Positions 8,766 through 15,681 of a stretch of DNA of 64,000 nucleotides are shown here, in pieces (position 1 is the first letter of the stretch; each line of letters begins with the position of its first letter). A program made the translations under genes and the position numbers. The notes under the pieces were generated by a model, which saw only the letters and a list, made by a program, of their open reading frames with translations, was not told the origin of the DNA and ran no database searches. This DNA is from an uncultured bacterium (lineage in GTDB: Bacteria > Fermentibacterota > Fermentibacteria > Fermentibacterales > JCC-6). The stretch covers positions 1,647-65,646 of the forward strand of contig CBDVBK010000006.1 in the NCBI GenBank assembly GCA_965372215.1, read 5' to 3'.

Positions 8766-9784
8766 TCCCCGAATTCCGCTATTATGGTACAGAGATACGA
8801 AGCGTGTATGTAGTCGTCTCCAGACAGCACGGGTTTCTGAGCAAGTTCCGGCACAGAATGTTCGTTCTTCATGAAGCAGTAGATGTCAGGTTCGGATTTC
8901 CCCGTATATAGCCGTCGTCCGGAACAGCCTCCGCGGCATACATCATACCAGTCGCAGCCATCACAGAACTCAGGTATGGTAAGTTCGCAGCCAGAGGGAA
9001 GATCCATCTCCCCGGAAAGGAAATTCTCCATGGTAACTGGACTGTGATCCCAGTACACGCAGGGCATGATCTCTCCGCCTGGTCTCAGCCGCAGGGAAGA
9101 CACACCGCAGGGACTGCCTTTCATGGAGATCTCCCTGGAACTGTTTCCCGCCGTCAGCGCCGCGTTTACCACCGGCTCGGAGCAAGCAACAGCCTCAGCT
9201 TCAATGAATAGGTTCTTTATGGCTTGCCAGAAGGAATCGTAATCAGGCTCATATTCTTTCCCTTTGATAGCCTTGTATACATTCACCCGGAGTGACACAC
9301 CAAGGTTCCTGCAGAGGGAGCACATTTCCTCCATCCGGGAGGCATTCTGCTTCATGAGGCACATAGCAACAGAAGCGGTAACACCAAGTGATCTGCACCG
9401 CTCAATTCCTCTGAGTACCATATCGTAGGCACCTTCAGCCCGCCAGCTGTCATGCAAATCTCTCTGTGGAAAGTCCAGAGAGAAATCCACATCGTGCAGT
9501 CTTTTAATCTCCTCATCCGACATGGCTTCAATACTGGGGCCAGCCGTGGTGAGAGCAACCGGAATATTCAATCTGAATAATTCATCAAGAATATTGTGAA
9601 AACCGGGATATAGACAGGATTCACCGGTACCTAGATTTATGGATTCCACACTGCACGAGGAAAGGAAACGGAACAGCATATCGCTGTCCATTTCCACAGG
9701 ATTCTGTCCTCCTCCTGAATAGCAGTGTCTGCACGAAAATGTGCAGGCTGAAGTAAGTCCGACACCTAACGCAATACTGCTCAT
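8762..9784 (-). CDS. Radical SAM / SPASM-domain protein (copy 1)
   Basis: CTFSCRHC (C14/C18/C21, nt 9722-9745). C-terminal CDGCDWYDVCRGGC. RBS-like AAGGGGA in the 11-nt gap upstream. Confidence 0.85.
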   Translation of the reverse strand: MSSIALGVGLTSACTFSCRHCYSGGGQNPVEMDSDMLFRFLSSCSVESINLGTGESCLYPGFHNILDELFRLNIPVALTTAGPSIEAMSDEEIKRLHDVDFSLDFPQRDLHDSWRAEGAYDMVLRGIERCRSLGVTASVAMCLMKQNASRMEEMCSLCRNLGVSLRVNVYKAIKGKEYEPDYDSFWQAIKNLFIEAEAVACSEPVVNAALTAGNSSREISMKGSPCGVSSLRLRPGGEIMPCVYWDHSPVTMENFLSGEMDLPSGCELTIPEFCDGCDWYDVCRGGCSGRRLYTGKSEPDIYCFMKNEHSVPELAQKPVLSGDDYIHASYLCTIIAEFGE

Positions 9785-9795
9785 CTATTCCCCTT

Positions 9796-10551
9796 CTAGA
9801 AAAATGTCAGGTTGCGCCTATGATAGATTATCAGCGCACTAAGGGCAATATTCGCCTGATGGAGATAGCCCCTCCAGTCAGCAGGTATATCAAAGAGATC
9901 GATGGTCAAAGACCCTCCGTAACCCGCTTCAGCCAGGCCACGGAACAGATATCCCCAGTTTATATCCCCCTGACCGGGGAGCAGGTGTCTGTGTTCCGAA
10001 CGGTTCATTCCTTCCACATGCACATGAAATATCCTGTTTCCCAGGGAACTGATATTTTCAACCGTACACCGCTCCTGAATATGGAAGTGACCGGCGTCCA
10101 GATTGATACCTGCAAGGGGTCCCAGGGAAGCTATATACATGTTGAAGTCGTCAATGCCGTCAAGCACAGTATCAGGTTCCGTTTCCCAGGCCGGTTTAAT
10201 ATTCAGCCTGCAGCACAGGTCATAAAGATCAGCCGCTTCCATGAGGAAACTTTTCCTGTCCCGAACGGGAGACCCGAGTACCGCCACGGAAACGGAGCAT
10301 TCCGCCGCCATCCTTATAGCCCGCTTTCCGTATTTCAGCCTTGTGACTGGATCGTCATTTTTCCCATGATAGCTTACTGATGAGATATCCAATCCCATTT
10401 TCCTGGCCAGTTCGAGAGTATCCGGTGAAGCTTCAGGGTGCTCAAGACAGAACTCAACAGTCTGATATCCAGCCTGGACGATACCTTCAAGAGCTTTTCT
10501 CAGAGGCAGATGACTTAGACCGGACGTGCGGAATCCGATCTTCTCAAACAT
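9796..10551 (-). CDS. Sugar phosphate isomerase/epimerase (xylose-isomerase-like TIM barrel)
   Basis: AP_endonuc_2-type pattern: VEFCLEH..., HVHVEG...HRHLLPGQGDINW...GYGGSLTIDLF. Confidence 0.75.
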   Translation of the reverse strand: MFEKIGFRTSGLSHLPLRKALEGIVQAGYQTVEFCLEHPEASPDTLELARKMGLDISSVSYHGKNDDPVTRLKYGKRAIRMAAECSVSVAVLGSPVRDRKSFLMEAADLYDLCCRLNIKPAWETEPDTVLDGIDDFNMYIASLGPLAGINLDAGHFHIQERCTVENISSLGNRIFHVHVEGMNRSEHRHLLPGQGDINWGYLFRGLAEAGYGGSLTIDLFDIPADWRGYLHQANIALSALIIYHRRNLTFF

Positions 10552-12889
10552 TTTTTATCCGAACCAGACACTTTGTGTGACAAACAGCCTCGCATGGAGG
10601 TTCGCTGCATCTGAGGCAGGCGGACGTGAATCCCGGAGTCCACTCTCCGTCCTTCAAACGAACCACCAGACCGTGAATACCGGTATGAGCCACACAGGCC
10701 ACTGCGCAGGCCCGGCAGCCTGTGCACCATATGGTTCTTACATCCTCTGTAATTCCTGATTCAGCTGCCCTGCTTCCCGGCACATTCCCGTATTCTTCCG
10801 GAGCGTCAACAGGTCCGGTGATCCGGCAGGGCAAACAGCGGAACGGATATCCGAGCCCCCCTCTTCCGTGCATTCCGGAAGTAAGCAGGTCATTCACATT
10901 CAAGCCAGGACCGTTCCAGCCATGGGCAGCAGATATTACACCTTTTTTTATCAGTGGTGAAGAGATGACAACTCTTTTACAGCTTCCCCATGGTGATTCA
11001 AGAAGCACCCAGTCGCCGGAGTTGATCTCATGCGGCATATCATCAGGGTGTATCTCAACCGCGGGTAACGGTTCAAGTTCACGCAGGTGCTGAATATTCC
11101 GGTGTTCTCCATGGAAATAGAGGGGGCTTCTGGCTCCTGAGGTTAGCTTCAGAGGATATTCCCTTCCCGGATTCGATGTGGGGGGAGGAACATACCAGGG
11201 AGCAGGAATCAATCCGGACATTTTCATCAGTCCGGGCTGCAGTTCTATTTTCCCGGTGGGTGTATTAAACCTGCCCCTTGAGAGATGCTTGCTGTATTCA
11301 GTTCCAGGCATGAGCCACCCCTTCCGGCACAGCTCGCTCCAGCTATATCCGGAGGGTTGAAGGATATGATCATACCACCCGGTCACATCAGACCAGGGAA
11401 AGTGCTCCTCGGCAACGATTCTGCCAAAGGAAAGGACAACATCCATGTCCGAACGACTTTCACCAATGGGATCTATCACTCTGTCGAAAGCCGCAAGCTG
11501 ATACCACCAGTTCCGAATGCCCGAACGTTCCAGACAGGTACATACGGGAAGAAAGATATCCGCCAGTTCATTTGCAGCAGGACTCATGAACAGATCGACC
11601 ATTACTGAAAGTCCTGTTCTGCTCAGAAGATGTCCCACCCGCTTCGGCTCAGCAAAACCGTTTGCTGTCAGCCCCGTTCCCTGATACCATGCGCATTCTA
11701 TACTGCGACCTTTCTCAACCTCATTCAGCAGAACATCCGCATGTGCATAAGGAACTCCGCAGCCGATCATGGGATATTCCGAAATACCGGTTTTCGTTTT
11801 CTGAAGATCTTCCGCCAGATCTCTGTCCACACCCCTTCTGCTTATCCCGAAGGGGTCAGTCACAATGACATTCCCGCCGGGTACATCAAGATTTCCGGAG
11901 AGGACAACGAGCGAGGTCAGAGCGTGAGCAGTTCCAAGAGCTGACGGAGACATATCCACTGAGACACCCCAGTGGAGTGCAGCTGGTTCTGATCGACCGT
12001 ACAGCAGAGCGGCACTGACAATGTCCTCAACAGGAACTCCGCATTCAGCAGACGCCCTTTCGGGTGAGAAGGATTTCACCTGCTCCAGCACCTCATCCGC
12101 TCCGTTCACCCATTTCTCTGTGAATTCGGTCTTCACCATATCCTCTTTGAAAAGCACATGAAGAAAGGCCATGGCAAGAGCAGCATCCGTTCCAGGATCT
12201 ATCGCAAGATGCACATCTGCTCTTCTTGCCATCCAGGTCTCTCTGGGATCCACAACTACCATCCTTGAGCCCAGTTTCAGACAGTGAACGATCCACTGTC
12301 CCAGAAAGCCGTCGGGATTGGAGTCTACAGGGTTTGAGCCCCAGACCAGAATGCACTCCGGAAGACGCCACCGGGGATCATTGTATCTCTGTGGAAAATA
12401 CTGTGAGCAGTCGGCAACCATGAAACCGCCGAAGACTGCGTGTGTAACACTCATCCTGGGCATCAGGCAGGCGCTGCCGCTGCCGGGTCCCAGAGCGTAG
12501 TATTCGGAACTTCCAAAACCATAGGCAAGGCGGGAGAGCCAGGGACCGATATCCCTCCCGGTACCCTTGCAGAAGATTACGCTGGAAGGACCGTGCTTAT
12601 CCCTCGCTTCAAGAAATGCATCCCCGGCCATTCCCAGGGCTTCTTCCCAGGATACTTTTCTCCAGCCTGCTCTGTTTTTTATCAAAGGGTACAGCTGCCT
12701 GTCAGGATGATAAACCGTTTCCGGGAGAGCAGCCCCTCTGGGACACAGAGACCCGCCGTTAAAAGGGTTCGACGGATCCCCGCGGATTTCCACGACTCTT
12801 CCATCGTCGATCAGCGCTATTATCCCGCAGCCGTTGTGACAGCCGGGAGGTGTTGTGCAAATGGTTCGTACAGTCCGTAAAATGCTCAT
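10544..12889 (-). CDS. Molybdopterin (bis-MGD) oxidoreductase, DMSO-reductase superfamily, with fused C-terminal 2x[4Fe-4S] ferredoxin-like domain
   Basis: N-terminal Fe-S motif C11-x5-C17-x3-C21-x27-C49 (..SLCPRG..). Long MopB core. Molydop_binding-like segment (VEIHPDD...GDWVLLESPWG). Last 60 aa carry CxxCxxCxxxC and CxxCx4CxxxC. No twin-arginine signal. Confidence 0.85.
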   Translation of the reverse strand: MSILRTVRTICTTPPGCHNGCGIIALIDDGRVVEIRGDPSNPFNGGSLCPRGAALPETVYHPDRQLYPLIKNRAGWRKVSWEEALGMAGDAFLEARDKHGPSSVIFCKGTGRDIGPWLSRLAYGFGSSEYYALGPGSGSACLMPRMSVTHAVFGGFMVADCSQYFPQRYNDPRWRLPECILVWGSNPVDSNPDGFLGQWIVHCLKLGSRMVVVDPRETWMARRADVHLAIDPGTDAALAMAFLHVLFKEDMVKTEFTEKWVNGADEVLEQVKSFSPERASAECGVPVEDIVSAALLYGRSEPAALHWGVSVDMSPSALGTAHALTSLVVLSGNLDVPGGNVIVTDPFGISRRGVDRDLAEDLQKTKTGISEYPMIGCGVPYAHADVLLNEVEKGRSIECAWYQGTGLTANGFAEPKRVGHLLSRTGLSVMVDLFMSPAANELADIFLPVCTCLERSGIRNWWYQLAAFDRVIDPIGESRSDMDVVLSFGRIVAEEHFPWSDVTGWYDHILQPSGYSWSELCRKGWLMPGTEYSKHLSRGRFNTPTGKIELQPGLMKMSGLIPAPWYVPPPTSNPGREYPLKLTSGARSPLYFHGEHRNIQHLRELEPLPAVEIHPDDMPHEINSGDWVLLESPWGSCKRVVISSPLIKKGVISAAHGWNGPGLNVNDLLTSGMHGRGGLGYPFRCLPCRITGPVDAPEEYGNVPGSRAAESGITEDVRTIWCTGCRACAVACVAHTGIHGLVVRLKDGEWTPGFTSACLRCSEPPCEAVCHTKCLVRIKNV

Positions 12890-13153
12890 ACTCCCTCAGT
12901 ATTATCAGATGGAATATGCCTGATAGGAGCTTCAATGAATAGTACTGCATTCCCCTTTGGATGCAATGCGGTGTTTCTACTGTACCGGGATCGATACTCT
13001 GGCATTACCACCATCCCTGTTGGAGAAGCATGCTGTCAGGTAGAATCAGATCAGAATCATCATATGGACATTGAAGATTAAATCTTATATAACAATATGT
13101 ATCATATTATTACATCTTACTGGATTTTAGGAATGCTGTTGTTCACTCTCAAT

Positions 13154-15610
13154 ATGAAACGGAACCAAAATATGAAAACACTAACTTTTGTTCTTCTGAT
13201 TCTCTGCGGAACCATGTTCGCGGAATGGATCGATTTCGGAATTGAAGGCATTGATCATGCCACACTCTCCGTTGTGGAATCCACTCCATCCGGTATGATT
13301 ATTGATATCACTATTCCAGGAATCAGCATAACTCCTTCTCCGGAGAATGGCATTAATTTTTCAAACCTCAGTATTCCGGGAACCACAATTACAGCTCTGG
13401 AACCTGGCTACCCTATGTTTCCGAAAGTCTCATTCCTCGCTGCGCTTCCATCCAATCCATCTATTACGTGCACTGTTGAATCGATGAGAACAATCAGCCT
13501 GGGGCAGATCATACCTTTTCCCATGCAGCCGATACTGCTTGAGAATGCTACGGAATCAGCCGCTTTCACGTACATTCCGTCCGCATATGAAACCGGAACC
13601 TACCCTTCGGAAATAGTACAGTATAATGTTGATGGCATCCTTCGCGGCATTACAATGGGTCGATTTGTGATAAACCCCGTAACCTGGGACGCTGAAACAG
13701 ATTTGCTCACCGTATACGCTGAACTCCGCGTCAGGATTGAATTCGGAGGCTCAGTAACCGTTGACAAAAGACTCTACTCACGATTCTTTGAACCGACTTT
13801 CAACCAGTCTCTGATAAACGCTGATATTCTCGGTGAACCGGACCGTACAGTGTATATGCATTCAAGCGGTCCTGTCTATGCCCATTCGCGCGAAGAGGCA
13901 ATGGATTTAGATGGCGCTGATCTTCTTATTATAGCGGGTGATGATTTCGTAGAAACGATGATTGAGGATTTCGTTACAGCGAAGTTCGAACAGGGTTATC
14001 TTCCGGCAGTCGTCTCGGCAGGAACCTGGACCTATGCCGAAATCGCTGAATACATAAAGATCGCATACGATACATGGGAACTTCCACCCTCGTTTATTCT
14101 TACAATCGGAGACGGGCCGGAACTCACTGCATACTACGCTCCTACAGGTATCTGGAGTGATAATCGCTACGCCTGTGTAGATGGTCCCGATTACATGGCG
14201 GATATTTTCCATGGCAGGTTTGCCACGCCGACGGATTACTATCCGAATGTACAGGAGAAGCAGCTTAAATGGCAGTTCGATCCGGTAATGAATCTGGATT
14301 TCTGGAACAACATATTATGTGCAGGAGCACTTGAAACCGGTGGTGATAATACCGCGAACAGATGGTTCCTTTTTACATGCGAAGCTGTTCATGACACCTA
14401 CGAAGACCTTTTCGGGAAAACAGCTCACCGCATGTATCTGAAAGACACTTCCGCTTCTCCGCCATATTATTACCATCCTCACCTTCCGTCAGCAGGCCAG
14501 GAAATACCCTCTGAAATAACTTACACCGGATCAACGTCGGGTGTTATAGATGTATTTAACAATGGCGTATTTATGGTACAGCACAGGTCACATGGCTCTG
14601 TAACAGGATGGAGTACTCCTTCATTCCAGATATCGGATTTTTCAAGCCTTACAAACGGAGACAATACTCCAACAGTCTTCAGTTTCAACTGCAGTACAGG
14701 AAAATTCTACAATGAAACATGTTTTGCCGAGTGTCTGGTAAGAATTGAAGATGGGGCGGTCATGGTTGTCGCTGCCTGCGGATCATCTTACAGCTACTTC
14801 AACGATTATATGATCTACGGCTGTCACGCAAGTTTCAATGATGATTTCATTGAACCTCCCTACACTTATACGAATCCTTCCGGAGGCTACCTCGCGGGAC
14901 AGATGATGACGGATGGAAAACTGGAGATGCAGGTTTCCGCCCCGTTCAATCCTTACGGCAGCTGGGAGTTTTATGCAGAAGTTGAATGGGATCTGTTCCT
15001 TGTCTTTGGTGATCCCACAATGGACATGAGAACAAAGGTTCCGGTTCCACTCAGCGTTGATGCGCCGCTGACTCTACCTGAAGGTTCTACCGAAACAGTA
15101 TTCATCGTCTCAATGCCTGATGAGGGAGCAACCGAAGGAGCGCTTGTCTGTCTTCGCAAAGAGGATGAAAGCCTTTATGCAACCGGTCTTACCAACTCAT
15201 ACGGACAGGTGACACTCACCTTCGATCCGATTGTCACAGCGACACAACTGGACTGGATGGTTACCGCTCATAACGCTCTGCCGGAAACTGGCATAATCAA
15301 CGGTGTCGGAGTAGCAGAGCGGGATGGAGCTGTCGAGATCAGCATCGGCACACCGTTCCCAAATCCGAGTACCGGTATGATTCTCTTCCCTGTTTCACTT
15401 GATATTACAGAGAATTTAGAGTTGACCATATACGACCTGTCCGGCCGCGCGGTTGAGACCGTTCACTCCGGCGAACTGGCAGCCGGTACTCATGAAATCG
15501 TCTGGAATGGATGTTTCGGTGATAATTTTGCTCCTGCGGGTATCTATCTTGCAAGATATGTTACGGGAAATGGAAATACCGGAACTCTCAAGATTGTTCT
15601 TATGAAGTAG
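13154..15610 (+). CDS. Gingipain-like (peptidase C25 family) secreted protein with T9SS-type C-terminal sorting domain
   Basis: ORF 13097..15610. Signal-peptide-like MKRNQNMKTLTFVLLILCGTMFA starts at ATG 13154 (alternative ATG at 13172). The central region resembles the C25 caspase-like fold (family call moderate). The C-terminal ~80 aa (LELTIYDLSGRAVETV...GTHEIVWNG...AGIYLARY) match the FlgD-Ig/T9SS CTD pattern. Confidence 0.7.
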   Translation: MKRNQNMKTLTFVLLILCGTMFAEWIDFGIEGIDHATLSVVESTPSGMIIDITIPGISITPSPENGINFSNLSIPGTTITALEPGYPMFPKVSFLAALPSNPSITCTVESMRTISLGQIIPFPMQPILLENATESAAFTYIPSAYETGTYPSEIVQYNVDGILRGITMGRFVINPVTWDAETDLLTVYAELRVRIEFGGSVTVDKRLYSRFFEPTFNQSLINADILGEPDRTVYMHSSGPVYAHSREEAMDLDGADLLIIAGDDFVETMIEDFVTAKFEQGYLPAVVSAGTWTYAEIAEYIKIAYDTWELPPSFILTIGDGPELTAYYAPTGIWSDNRYACVDGPDYMADIFHGRFATPTDYYPNVQEKQLKWQFDPVMNLDFWNNILCAGALETGGDNTANRWFLFTCEAVHDTYEDLFGKTAHRMYLKDTSASPPYYYHPHLPSAGQEIPSEITYTGSTSGVIDVFNNGVFMVQHRSHGSVTGWSTPSFQISDFSSLTNGDNTPTVFSFNCSTGKFYNETCFAECLVRIEDGAVMVVAACGSSYSYFNDYMIYGCHASFNDDFIEPPYTYTNPSGGYLAGQMMTDGKLEMQVSAPFNPYGSWEFYAEVEWDLFLVFGDPTMDMRTKVPVPLSVDAPLTLPEGSTETVFIVSMPDEGATEGALVCLRKEDESLYATGLTNSYGQVTLTFDPIVTATQLDWMVTAHNALPETGIINGVGVAERDGAVEISIGTPFPNPSTGMILFPVSLDITENLELTIYDLSGRAVETVHSGELAAGTHEIVWNGCFGDNFAPAGIYLARYVTGNGNTGTLKIVLMK

Positions 15611-15632
15611 TTTACAGAATAGCTGGTTCATG

Positions 15633-15668
15633 ATCCCGCTCCGGACTCTCCGGGGCGGGATATTTTTT
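15633..15668 (+). terminator. Rho-independent terminator after the C25-like gene
   Basis: Hairpin ATCCCGCTCCGG-ACTCT-CCGGGGCGGGAT (15633-15661) followed by a T6 run (15663-15668). Confidence 0.75.
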
Positions 15669-15681
15669 GTATACTAAACAC

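Noticed and set aside
12890-13153. Possible Moco riboswitch or RiPP precursor in the 5' region of the Mo-enzyme/radical-SAM operon
   Set aside because: Reading the minus-strand leader, I could find only short generic hairpins (e.g. GCATT...AATGC) and no short ORF with an RBS. I cannot recall-match the Moco motif with confidence. This needs Infernal (RF01055) and small-ORF tools; it is not claimable by eye.
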